Below are positions 1 through 9,362 of a stretch of 64,000 nucleotides of DNA, in pieces. The DNA comes from Bacteroidia bacterium (GTDB taxonomy: Bacteria > Bacteroidota > Bacteroidia > Palsa-965): assembly GCA_039918435.1 (NCBI GenBank), contig JBDSHN010000073.1:14267-78266 (forward strand), read 5' to 3'. The position numbers and the translations under genes are program-made. A model generated the notes under the pieces. The model did no database searches. It was not told the DNA's origin and saw only the letters and a list, made by a program, of their open reading frames with translations. The first letter of the stretch is position 1. Each line of letters opens with the position of its first letter.

Positions 1-3000
1 TCATATACGCTGGGAGAAGGTTCACGCTGGCTGGACAATTTAGTTCTAAAAGTTCTTTTTGCAATTGCCCTGACTGTAGAGCTGAGCGGATTGATATTAA
101 CCTTGTCGGTTACAAGAAGTATACGTCGCGGATTAAAAGAAATTATTTTAAGTTCCGCAGAAATTGCAAAAGGGAATTATAAGATTCGCGCAAAAAAAAT
201 CTCTAATGATGAGATTGGCAATCTCGCAGATTCATTTAACCTGATGGCCGATGAGCTGGAGCATCACACGATAGAACGGAAACAATCGAAGGACCGGTTA
301 AAAGAAAGTGAAGAACGTTTCCGGCTCATTGTGGAAAACATTAAAGATGTTGCCATTGTGATGACTGACACGGAAGGAAATGTGATCAGCTGGAATAAAG
401 GCGCGAAAAAAATCAAAGGTTATGAGGAAGCAGAAATATTGGGGAAAAATATTTCGATCTTTTTTACAGATGAAGATAAAGCGAAAAATAAGCCATCTGA
501 GAATCTTAAGGTGGCCAAAAAAGAAGGCCATTACCAGGATGATGGCTGGAGAAAAAGAAAGGACGGAACCTTATTCTGGGCGGATATTTTTGTTACTCCT
601 GTATACGATGAAGAAGGGAAACTGCATGGTTATGGAAAGATTGTGCGTGACATCACCGATCGGAAGCTGGCGGAAAATGAACGCCTGAAAAATCAGCAGC
701 AGTTGGCCATGGCGCAAAGGCTCGCGCACCTGGGCAGCTGGGAATGGAATTTAAAAGACAGCACACTAACCTGGTCGGAGGAGCTTTATAATATCTTCGA
801 ACTCGACAAAAGCATAAAAGATCTTATTCAGGAAGTGAATAAAATGGTTCATCCTGAAGATTTAGGACGAATGATCAAGATTATTGATGATTCAAAAAAA
901 ACACATAAGCCTTTTGAATTCTATTACCGTATCATACGCAAGGATGGAACATTGCGCCATATCCATTCAAGAGGAAACGTAATTTTAAATGAGCATGGCG
1001 AAGCGGAAACAATGATCGGAACAGACCAGGATGTTACCGACAGGTTTCGAGAGGAGCAAATGGAAAAGCTTGTAATGGCTGCTACAAAATCGAACAATGC
1101 TGTAATCATTGCTGATCATACCGGAAAAATCGAATGGGTGAATGAAGGATTTTCATTGCTCACAGGTTATTCATTTGAAGAAGTAAAAGGAACTCATGGT
1201 GAATTACTGAGGAACGGAGGAACAACCGGTGTGCAACCAGGCAGCGAATTGTATGAAACTGTTTTTTCGAAAAAGAAATCAGTTATGTACGAAGGAAAAA
1301 ATTTCACTAAAGCCGGACAGGAATATTGGGTGATCACTACGCTTACGCCTGTGCTTGGAACAGATGGAAAAGTTGAGCGGATCATAGCTATTGATTCTGA
1401 TATTACAGAAAGAAAAAAGATTGAAGAGGACCTGATTTTTGCAAATAAGATCGCAGAACATTCTTTGAAAAAAGGAAGCCGGGCTTTGCAGGAGCTGATG
1501 AATGCAAAAAAACAGCTGGAAGATTCCATGCATGTGAAAGAGCAGTTTCTCGCAAAGATGAGTCATGAAATACGTACGCCAATGAATGCAATCGTCGGCC
1601 TCACGGATATTCTCCTGGAGAGTGAGATCACACATGAGCAGAAAGAATGTATTGACGCTATTAAACTTTCATCTGATAATCTTTTGTCGATCATCAACGA
1701 TATACTGGATTTCTCAAAGCTTGAATCCGGAAATGTTTCAATGGAAGCGATTCCTTTTAATCCCGGAGAAATTATTGACGCAGTTTTATTTACGTTAAGA
1801 TTTTCCGCAACGAAAAAAGGGATAAGTCTTATTTTCCGGAAAGAAGAAAATGAGCTGCCTCGATATATCATTGGTGATTCTGTGCGCCTGCGGCAGATCA
1901 TCCTGAACCTTTTCAGCAATGCTATTAAATTCACCGAGCATGGCAGCGTAACCATAAAGTCCAACGTTGTAGAAGACGATGGTGAAAATTGCAGGATTCA
2001 ATTTATCATAAGTGATACGGGAATAGGAATTCCGGCTGATCGTATTGCAAACATTTTTGACAGCTTCACACAGGCAAGCAATGAAACATCAAGAAAATAC
2101 GGAGGCACAGGCCTTGGTCTTACAATTGTAAAACAACTGACCGAGCTACAGGGCGGAACGGTTTCCGTCGAAAGCACGCTTGATGAAGGTTCCATTTTTT
2201 ATGTGACTATTCTTTATAAAAAGTATACATCTGCAGTTGAGCCGGTAACAAAAACTCAGAAAATAGTTCCCGATGAAAATATAAACGGCGCACGCATTCT
2301 TCTTGCTGAAGACAATGAGATGAATCAAATGCTGGCCGGAAAAATTTTCGCACGCTGGAAGCTTCACCTTGAAGTAGCAGAGAACGGCCAAAAGGCAATT
2401 GAAAAATTACAGGCAGAAGACTTTGATCTTGTGCTGATGGATATACAGATGCCGGTGATGGATGGTTATGAAGCCACACGGCAGATCCGCACTAACATGC
2501 AGCCACCTAAATCAACAGTTCCAATTATTGCGATGACTGCACATGCCATGGTTGGTGAATCTGATAAATGCATTGCGCTGGGAATGGATGATTACATTTC
2601 AAAACCATTTAATCAACAGAATCTGTACGACAAGATCGTTTCAGCACTTCATAAAAAGCGGAAATATATTTCACACACTCCCATGACAAAAGAAAACAAT
2701 AATCTGCCAACCAACCAAAAAAAGCAAATTGACCTGGGCTATCTCAAAGAAATTGCAGAAGGAAATTCTGACTTCATTAAAAAGATGATAGAGGCATACC
2801 TCTTACAAACACCGGTTATGCTCACAGATATGTCCAAATCCCTCGAAGGAAAAAAATGGCAGGATCTGCGTGCTGTTGCTCATAAGATGAAGCCATCGAT
2901 CGATTTTGTTGGCCTTCATTCCATCAAACAAACCGTGAAGGATATTGAAAAATATTCCAATGAAGAAATTCACCTTGAGCTGCTTCCTGCCATGGTAGAG

Positions 3001-3063
3001 GAAGTCATACACTCGTGTACTCTTGCCATTAAAGAGCTACAGCAGGAATTGGAAATGCTTTAA
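1..3063 (+). CDS. Hybrid sensor histidine kinase (HAMP, 3x PAS, HisKA, HATPase_c, REC, C-terminal Hpt); 5' end lies upstream of the window
   Basis: Frame 1 is open from base 1 with no upstream stop. The HAMP motif (IGNLADSFNLMADELE) sits at the start, so a TM sensor part must precede it. PAS blocks are followed by H-box SHEIRTPMNAIVGL, N/G boxes (NLFSNAIKFT, GTGLGLTIV), a receiver (ILLAEDNEMNQ...DLVLMDIQMP) and an Hpt-like tail. Confidence 0.9.
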   Translation, partial: SYTLGEGSRWLDNLVLKVLFAIALTVELSGLILTLSVTRSIRRGLKEIILSSAEIAKGNYKIRAKKISNDEIGNLADSFNLMADELEHHTIERKQSKDRLKESEERFRLIVENIKDVAIVMTDTEGNVISWNKGAKKIKGYEEAEILGKNISIFFTDEDKAKNKPSENLKVAKKEGHYQDDGWRKRKDGTLFWADIFVTPVYDEEGKLHGYGKIVRDITDRKLAENERLKNQQQLAMAQRLAHLGSWEWNLKDSTLTWSEELYNIFELDKSIKDLIQEVNKMVHPEDLGRMIKIIDDSKKTHKPFEFYYRIIRKDGTLRHIHSRGNVILNEHGEAETMIGTDQDVTDRFREEQMEKLVMAATKSNNAVIIADHTGKIEWVNEGFSLLTGYSFEEVKGTHGELLRNGGTTGVQPGSELYETVFSKKKSVMYEGKNFTKAGQEYWVITTLTPVLGTDGKVERIIAIDSDITERKKIEEDLIFANKIAEHSLKKGSRALQELMNAKKQLEDSMHVKEQFLAKMSHEIRTPMNAIVGLTDILLESEITHEQKECIDAIKLSSDNLLSIINDILDFSKLESGNVSMEAIPFNPGEIIDAVLFTLRFSATKKGISLIFRKEENELPRYIIGDSVRLRQIILNLFSNAIKFTEHGSVTIKSNVVEDDGENCRIQFIISDTGIGIPADRIANIFDSFTQASNETSRKYGGTGLGLTIVKQLTELQGGTVSVESTLDEGSIFYVTILYKKYTSAVEPVTKTQKIVPDENINGARILLAEDNEMNQMLAGKIFARWKLHLEVAENGQKAIEKLQAEDFDLVLMDIQMPVMDGYEATRQIRTNMQPPKSTVPIIAMTAHAMVGESDKCIALGMDDYISKPFNQQNLYDKIVSALHKKRKYISHTPMTKENNNLPTNQKKQIDLGYLKEIAEGNSDFIKKMIEAYLLQTPVMLTDMSKSLEGKKWQDLRAVAHKMKPSIDFVGLHSIKQTVKDIEKYSNEEIHLELLPAMVEEVIHSCTLAIKELQQELEML

Positions 3064-3537
3064 GTGTTTAAAGGAAATGAAAGAGGTAATAATAGCTAAA
3101 GAAAGACACAGGATAATATGCTCTAAAGCAATAAAAAAATCAATTTCCCATTTTGGAAAATCATGCAGGAAAGAAATGTTCTGAGGATTAAATTTTTCTG
3201 ATAAAAAAACGGGAGAGAAGCTAACCCCTCAGCTTCTGCTCCCGTATAATGCGCCTTTCACCAACCTAACCAATAAGAATGAACCCTGTCTTGAAATGCT
3301 TAATAATAATGGCGCACCTAAACTATTATGAAAGAAAAACAAAGCTGATTTGCATTAGCTTCATTTCAAAGATAAATAAGGATTATGGTTATGAATTTGA
3401 CTTTTAGATCACTTGTCCGTTTTTACACATGATTGGTTTAATTTGTCGATTTTCGGGAACATTATTGTATTTTTCAGCTTTCAAAATCCACGGTTTCTTC
3501 ATTCCGGGCAGGCTCGGTTTTTGTACTTCACAACCCT

Positions 3538-4239
3538 ATGAATAAAATTAACTGCATTATAGTAGACGACGATGAAATGATCCGCATCGATCTCGAACGA
3601 AAAATCAGCAGCAAACCTTTTCTCCACCTGGTTGCCTCCTGCTCTTCTGCTATTGCCGCAGCGGAAATTTTATTAAAAGAGAAAATCGATCTTGTATTTT
3701 TGGATATCATGATGCCTGAAATGACCGGCATGCAGTTTCTTCAAAGCCTCAGCTCAAACCGCCCGCAGATTATTTTTGTTACTTCAGAAAAACAATTTGC
3801 TGCTGAAGCTTTCGAATATGAAGTGACTGATTTTTTAGTGAAGCCTGTTTCTGATGAACGATTTCTTAAAGCTGTTATGCGCGCATCGGCTCTTGTGCAT
3901 GCTCCCGTAATAAACCCGGCAAATGAAAATCATTTATTTGTAAAGGTTAATTCTTCGCTCGTAAAAATCAATATTGCTGAAATCCTTTACATCGAAGCAA
4001 TGGCTGATTATGTAACGATTCATACTGCCGAGAATCGTTATACGGTTCATTCCACAATGAAAACGATACAGGAATCATTGCCCGCCTCCAAATTTTTCCG
4101 TGTTCACAATTCATACATCGTCAACCTCGAACGGATTTCCATCATCGAGGATAATATGGTGATGATAAACAAAAAGTTGCTTCCTGTGAGCCGTTCAAGA
4201 GTAAAACCTCTTATGCAGCGATTGAACCTGATTTCTTAA
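3538..4239 (+). CDS. LytTR-family response regulator (REC + LytTR DNA-binding domain)
   Basis: N-terminal receiver (CIIVDDDEM...LVFLDIMMPEMTG). C-terminal LytTR signature (IEAMADYVTIHT...FFRVHNSYIVNLERI). Confidence 0.85.
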   Translation: MNKINCIIVDDDEMIRIDLERKISSKPFLHLVASCSSAIAAAEILLKEKIDLVFLDIMMPEMTGMQFLQSLSSNRPQIIFVTSEKQFAAEAFEYEVTDFLVKPVSDERFLKAVMRASALVHAPVINPANENHLFVKVNSSLVKINIAEILYIEAMADYVTIHTAENRYTVHSTMKTIQESLPASKFFRVHNSYIVNLERISIIEDNMVMINKKLLPVSRSRVKPLMQRLNLIS

Positions 4240-4552
4240 ACAGGGGCAGGATTTGCTTTTTATTTTTTTTAATCGCTTTAATCAACCGGGGAAATTTTTT
4301 CTCCTGATATTTTCTCTTCCGCCATTTTCCCGCCTCTTCCTCTCAATAAAATAAAAGCATGCCGTTACTACAACTGCTGGCTGTCAACTTTTTGTTTTAC
4401 AGAATATCCGTACAAACCAACCATGCATCGAAGAGTTGCAGCCTTACTATTCGGGCTTCGTATATTTATAGAGGTGTAGAAGATTTCAGTTTACTTTCAT
4501 TCAATCCTCATACTAGTGAATGATAAATAGTGAAAAAGAAGGGAGCGATATA

Positions 4553-4924
4553 ATGAAAATTTTATTGGTTGATGATGATGCTATGATCACGGAATTACTT
4601 TCTGCAAGACTCGTCGAAACAGGGCATTGTGTAGAGTGTGCTGGGAACGGCTGGGAAGCAATTACCAAACTCTCGCATAATGAGTACGATCTTTTAATAA
4701 CGGATTTAATGATTCCTGATATTTCCGGGCTTACACTGCTGAGCCTTTTGCAAAGTTATCTAATAGGAAAAGTTCCGGTGATTATTATTTCAAGTCTTGA
4801 CCAACCCTCCACTGTACTTTCAGGAATGGGACTCGGCGCTGACGATTATTTTGTGAAGCCCATCAACATCCAGAAGCTCACGACACGGATAAACATGTTA
4901 GATACTCAACACGGACAAGCATAA
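4553..4924 (+). CDS. Single-domain response regulator receiver (CheY-like)
   Basis: MKILLVDDDAMI...YDLLITDLMIPDISG with conserved D/D/K receiver residues and no output domain. GGAG-like RBS before the ATG at 4553. The ORF-track start at 4520 is less likely. Confidence 0.75.
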   Translation: MKILLVDDDAMITELLSARLVETGHCVECAGNGWEAITKLSHNEYDLLITDLMIPDISGLTLLSLLQSYLIGKVPVIIISSLDQPSTVLSGMGLGADDYFVKPINIQKLTTRINMLDTQHGQA

Positions 4925-4949
4925 AAACATTAAAAAATCTTCTTCTATT

Positions 4950-5858
4950 ATGAATTCAGAGATCAAAAAAATAATGGTGCCGACAGACTTTTCTGAAACA
5001 AGCAAAATGGCGCTTGCACATGCCGCATTTCTTTCGCGCCTGATCCATGCTGAACTGATGCTTGTTCATGTGCAGGCATTCGATCCGTTTTATTTTGAAA
5101 TTCCGGAGCCGCTTCTTGTGGTACAGGATCATTCGAAGCTGGATAATTTTATAGAAGGCAAACTTAATGAACTTGCAGATCAAGTTGAAGCGGAGTATGG
5201 TCTCCGTCCACGTCATCTGACCATAACAGGCCATGTTGCCAATGAAATTATGTTGCTGGCACAGCAGGAAAAAACAGATCTCATCATAATGGGAACACAT
5301 GGCGCAAAAGGTTTTGAAGAATTATTTCTCGGAAGCAATGCGCATAAAATAACAGAGCTTGCGCCTTGCCCGGTGCTCACGGTGCAGGTTCATTCGGGCA
5401 AACCAGGATTTACAAATATTGTTTTGCCTATCGACAGAAGTCTTCACTCGCGCCAGAAAGTAGGAATTGCAACCAGCCTCGCAAAAATGTATGGCGCGAA
5501 GATCCATATATTTGGTTTGCTGTCTGATGCAGAAGAAGAGAACGCATACGATAAGCTTCAGATCGTTCTCGACCAGGTGCAGGATGCTGTAGAAAATGCT
5601 GGGGTCGCTTATACACGGCATACCGTAAAAGGAAAGCACCTTGCAACAGAAGCGTTGAAATACGGCAAGGATGTAAAGGCTGACCTTATCATCATCATGA
5701 CCGATCATGAATCTGCTTTGACAGGATTCTTTATGGGAGCGCTTGCAAAACAAATTGTAAATCATTCGCGAATTCCTGTATTGAGTATCAAGCCACACTA
5801 CGGACAGTTTGAAGCGTTGGATCCCACAGGAACGAATGCGGTATTTACACCGTATTGA
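4950..5858 (+). CDS. Universal stress protein, tandem UspA domains
   Basis: Two Usp repeats (MVPTDFSE...IIMGTHGAKG and IVLPIDRS...IIIMTDHESALTG). Confidence 0.8.
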   Translation: MNSEIKKIMVPTDFSETSKMALAHAAFLSRLIHAELMLVHVQAFDPFYFEIPEPLLVVQDHSKLDNFIEGKLNELADQVEAEYGLRPRHLTITGHVANEIMLLAQQEKTDLIIMGTHGAKGFEELFLGSNAHKITELAPCPVLTVQVHSGKPGFTNIVLPIDRSLHSRQKVGIATSLAKMYGAKIHIFGLLSDAEEENAYDKLQIVLDQVQDAVENAGVAYTRHTVKGKHLATEALKYGKDVKADLIIIMTDHESALTGFFMGALAKQIVNHSRIPVLSIKPHYGQFEALDPTGTNAVFTPY

Positions 5859-6058
5859 AAAGGTTGGTGTTCCCCTGGTAAAAAAACTGGTTTGCCGGAG
5901 TTTCATTCAATACTGAATTGAGCATTGTTGGTTTGGCATTGCTCATTTTTTTTTCATGAGAAAATCCGAATACTTCTGGCGCAGCGGACGCAACCCTTTT
6001 TTACTTCCGGCTTTTTATTCACCGTGCCTTTAAATTTTCTATTTTTATCTGTTCTCCA

Positions 6059-6604
6059 ATGAATTCCACAACAGGAAAAATTCGCCGTCAATCAATCGAG
6101 CATGCACTTAGTGAGCATATTCAGCAAGGCAATATTGAAGCATTTTCTAAGTTATATGATAAATACGCTCCAATATTGAATGGCGTTATTCTGAAGATTA
6201 CAGGCGATAAAAAGATTGCTGAAGAAATTCTTCAGAAATCTTTTATGCGTCTTTGGATGGAAATAAGCTCGTTCGATCCGATGAAAGATTCTTTGCTGAT
6301 GTGGATGCTCGCTATTACAAGAAATACCGCTTTTGCTGCTGCTGAACATAAAATTCAACCGGAAGAAATCCGTGTAGCAGAAAACCCCGTAAATACTCAA
6401 AATCCCGCATCAACCCCGAATAGATCAAGGATATCAATACCTTCAATCCGTTATGAGGCGCAAAGCCCGGCGCTTGAAATGTTGTACTTCAAAGGTTACA
6501 GCCTGACACGCGCGGCTCACGAATTGAATATTACAGTTGATGTTCTCAAAACAAAAATACGAATGGAATTCAAAATGCATGGAGGAATGAAATCAAATGG
6601 ATAA
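6059..6604 (+). CDS. ECF-type sigma-70 family RNA polymerase sigma factor
   Basis: Region-2-like helix (LLMWMLAITRNTAF). Region-4 HTH (YFKGYSLTRAAHELNITVDVLKTKIR). Its 3' end overlaps the next gene by 8 nt. Confidence 0.7.
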   Translation: MNSTTGKIRRQSIEHALSEHIQQGNIEAFSKLYDKYAPILNGVILKITGDKKIAEEILQKSFMRLWMEISSFDPMKDSLLMWMLAITRNTAFAAAEHKIQPEEIRVAENPVNTQNPASTPNRSRISIPSIRYEAQSPALEMLYFKGYSLTRAAHELNITVDVLKTKIRMEFKMHGGMKSNG

Positions 6605-7208
6605 GTTTTCCTCTTATATCAATTCAGGAATACTGGAAGCGTATGTTTTAGGTATAGGGACACAGGAAGAAAATGCTGTTGTCGAAAAATTAGCGATTGC
6701 TCATCCGGAAATAAAAGAAGAGCTGGAGCAAATTGAAATTTCACTTGAACAATACGCTTCAACACATGCAGTTACTCCTCATGCCACTATGAAGCCGCTT
6801 TTATTTGCAACTATCGATTATACAGAACGGTTGCAAAAAGGGGAAGCGCCTTCATTTCCTCCGTTGCTTAATAAAAACTCCAAAAATTCCGATTACACAG
6901 CATGGACAGAACGTCCTGATATGGTTGTACCTGCTGATGTTGAGAATATTTTTTTAAAGATCATTGGTCACACACCACAAGCTACAACTGCCATTGTCTG
7001 GATAAAAGAAATGGCTCCCGATGAAATTCATCACGACGAGCATGAAAGCTTTTTAATACTCGAAGGCACGTGCGATATTAAAATCGGCGATAAAATCCAT
7101 CAGCTGGTGCCCGGTGATTATTTAAGCATTCCCCTCCACACCGATCACGAAGTGAAAGTTACTTCTGCCGTTCCATGCAAAGTTATATTGGAGAGAAAGG
7201 CGGCTTAG
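6597..7208 (+). CDS. ChrR-like anti-sigma factor with C-terminal cupin domain
   Basis: Overlaps the sigma gene (ATGGATAA), which suggests translational coupling. N-terminal anti-sigma-like helix (LEAYVLGIGTQEEN...). C-terminal cupin (FLILEGTCDIKIGDKIHQLVPGDYLSIP). Confidence 0.6.
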   Translation: MDKFSSYINSGILEAYVLGIGTQEENAVVEKLAIAHPEIKEELEQIEISLEQYASTHAVTPHATMKPLLFATIDYTERLQKGEAPSFPPLLNKNSKNSDYTAWTERPDMVVPADVENIFLKIIGHTPQATTAIVWIKEMAPDEIHHDEHESFLILEGTCDIKIGDKIHQLVPGDYLSIPLHTDHEVKVTSAVPCKVILERKAA

Positions 7209-7395
7209 AAAAGGGACGCGGGACGAAAAGGTATCCAGGCAAGCAGAATTATATTGATCAACAGGTAACAAAAAAACGTCCCCTCGTCCCTTTTCCTTCC
7301 GTCACTTCGTCCCTTTTCCTTCCGTCACTTCGTCCCCTTTTCCTTCCGTCACTTCGTCCCTTTTCCTTCCCTCAGTCCCTTTTTTCCCTTACCTC
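7209..7395. repeat. GGGACG-rich MITE-like intergenic element: left end AAAAGGGACG, right end CGTCCCTTTT, with 4 tandem copies of a 23-bp unit (CGTCCCTTTTCCTTCCGTCACTT)
   Basis: Repeats are directly visible at 7291-7385. The terminal inverted 10-mers and a right end nearly identical to the element at 26205-26308 show it belongs to the same family. It fills the whole gap between two convergent genes. Confidence 0.7.
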
Positions 7396-9149
7396 ATTCT
7401 TTCACCGATCTGCTGTCGCCACATGGCGTAATAAAGACCCTTTTCATTGAGAAGCTCTTCGTGTTTTCCGGATTCAATGATATGTCCTTTTTCAAGCACG
7501 AAAATTTTATCTGCATGCATGATCGTGGAAAGCCGGTGAGCAACAAGAATGGTGATGTGCTTTTTGCTTTTTGAAACATCGCGCACTGTTTTGCCAATTT
7601 CTTCTTCGGTGATTGAATCAAGTGAAGAAGTTGCTTCATCAAACACGAGCAAAGACGGGCGGCGTAATAATGCTCTTGCAATGGAAAGTCGTTGCTTTTC
7701 TCCGCCCGAAACTTTTACGCCACCTTCACCGATAACAGAATCAAGACCTTTATCAGCGCGGGCCAACAGACTTTGACAAGCGGCTTTATTCAGCACTTCG
7801 ATGCATTCTTCATCAGTCGCTTTTGGTGCAACGAATAAAAGATTTTCGCGGATCGTGCCTGAAAATAATTGCGTGTCTTGTGTAACCATACCAATTTGTT
7901 CGCGCATCTTATCAAGGTCGATAGAGGAACCGGGATGGTCATTATAAAATATGGCTCCTGAAAGCGGTTTATACAATCCGACGAGCAATTTTACCAATGT
8001 GGATTTGCCTGAACCGGATGGACCGACGAATGCAATCGTTTCACCCACATTTACACGAAAGGATATTTTTTCAATAGCATTGTGCGATGCAGTGAGGTGC
8101 TTAAAATCAACATCTCTGAATTCGAGTTTGTGAATTTCCGGAAGTGTTACCGGATTTTCAGGTTTCGGATCACGTGGTGTATCAAGAATGGCCTGGAAAT
8201 TATCGAGCGACACTTCTGCTTCGCGATAAATATTTATGATGCTTCCTAATTCCTGCAAAGGCCCGAAAATGAAGAAGGAAAAGATGAAGAATTTAAAATA
8301 ATCTCCGAAGCTGATCTTCCCGGTATACACGAGATACAGCAGAATAAAAAGAATGGAATTCCGCAATAAATTAATAAAAGTTCCCTGAACAAAGCTGAGG
8401 CTGCGCAGGTAACGGACTTTTTTTAATTCAAGCTTCAGGATTTTTTCCGTGGTGCCATTCAGGCGTTCTGTTTCCTGTTGTGCAAGGCCAAGACTTTTCA
8501 CCAGTTCAATATTCCGCAATGATTCAGTTGTTGATCCGGAAAGCGCAATCGTTTCTTTCACGATCTTCTTCTGCATTACTTTAATCTTCTTGCTCAGGAA
8601 ATAGCTCAGCGTACCGATCAATGGTATTGTTACAAAATAAATCACGGCTAAAGGCCAATACGCAATTACCGCAAGTGTAATAACGAAAACGATACCGACA
8701 AAAGAGGTGAAAATAATATTGATAAATGCAGAACCAAGTCGTTCCACATCTTCACGCACTTTCTGCAGCTTGCCCAACGTTTCACCGCTGCGCTGATCTT
8801 CAAAAACAGAATAAGGCAATTCAAGTGAATGACGTAGACCGTCGGAATAAATCTGCGCACCAACGCGCTTCACAATTACATTGACATAATAATCCTGGAA
8901 AGCTTTTGCAATACGCGATATCATCGCCACGCTTATTGCAAGAAGAATCAACGAGGATACGCCCCTGATAAATTCTTCACGTGAAATATCGGAAAGCAGT
9001 CTTCCGTTTTTCGGAACAATATACTGATCAATGATTTTCTGTCCGACAACAGGATCAAGAAGCGAAAAGACCTGGTTTATAGCAGCCAGTAATAAAGCCA
9101 GAAAAACAAAAAACTTGAAATTCTTAAGGTAGGAGAAGAGCAATTTCAT
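7389..9149 (-). CDS. ABC transporter, fused permease/ATP-binding protein (MsbA-like exporter)
   Basis: Six-TM N-terminal half. Walker A GPSGSGKST, ABC signature VSGGEKQRLSIARA, Walker B LLVFDEATSSLD. Confidence 0.9.
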   Translation of the reverse strand: MKLLFSYLKNFKFFVFLALLLAAINQVFSLLDPVVGQKIIDQYIVPKNGRLLSDISREEFIRGVSSLILLAISVAMISRIAKAFQDYYVNVIVKRVGAQIYSDGLRHSLELPYSVFEDQRSGETLGKLQKVREDVERLGSAFINIIFTSFVGIVFVITLAVIAYWPLAVIYFVTIPLIGTLSYFLSKKIKVMQKKIVKETIALSGSTTESLRNIELVKSLGLAQQETERLNGTTEKILKLELKKVRYLRSLSFVQGTFINLLRNSILFILLYLVYTGKISFGDYFKFFIFSFFIFGPLQELGSIINIYREAEVSLDNFQAILDTPRDPKPENPVTLPEIHKLEFRDVDFKHLTASHNAIEKISFRVNVGETIAFVGPSGSGKSTLVKLLVGLYKPLSGAIFYNDHPGSSIDLDKMREQIGMVTQDTQLFSGTIRENLLFVAPKATDEECIEVLNKAACQSLLARADKGLDSVIGEGGVKVSGGEKQRLSIARALLRRPSLLVFDEATSSLDSITEEEIGKTVRDVSKSKKHITILVAHRLSTIMHADKIFVLEKGHIIESGKHEELLNEKGLYYAMWRQQIGERMR

Positions 9150-9237
9150 ATCCGCAAAGGTAGAAATACCGCTTCATACACAAACCTCGGGCATATTGAT
9201 TTTGTCTATGCTGTGATAGGTGTTCGTGGCTGCGTCC

Positions 9238-9359
9238 GAATGGTGATTGGTTCAAGGTGAGGAATAGTTGAAAAATTGACGTAAAAAATCTGCCACCAAC
9301 TTTTACCAACAACGCTTTTCCCAATCACCAATCACCTTTTCTTGAACCAATCACCATTC
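9238..9359. repeat. Perfect 19-bp inverted repeat (GAATGGTGATTGGTTCAAG / CTTGAACCAATCACCATTC) flanking an 84-bp spacer
   Basis: Arms at 9238-9256 and 9341-9359 are exact reverse complements. The spacer holds a direct CCAATCACCAATCACC duplication. It lies in the 213-bp gap upstream of the ABC exporter start. Confidence 0.7.
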
Positions 9360-9362
9360 CGG

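Noticed and set aside
7291-7385. Four regularly spaced 23-bp direct repeats: a possible CRISPR array?
   Set aside because: - Units are contiguous with no unique spacers between them.
- The repeat is not palindromic, and no cas genes are nearby.
- It is a tandemly amplified part of the GGGACG element.
7175-7450. 91-aa ORF (plus strand) spanning the repeat region
   Set aside because: - Its sequence is a translation of the 23-bp repeats (SLRPLFLPSLRP...).
- It overlaps the 3' end of the ABC exporter gene, so it is an artefact.
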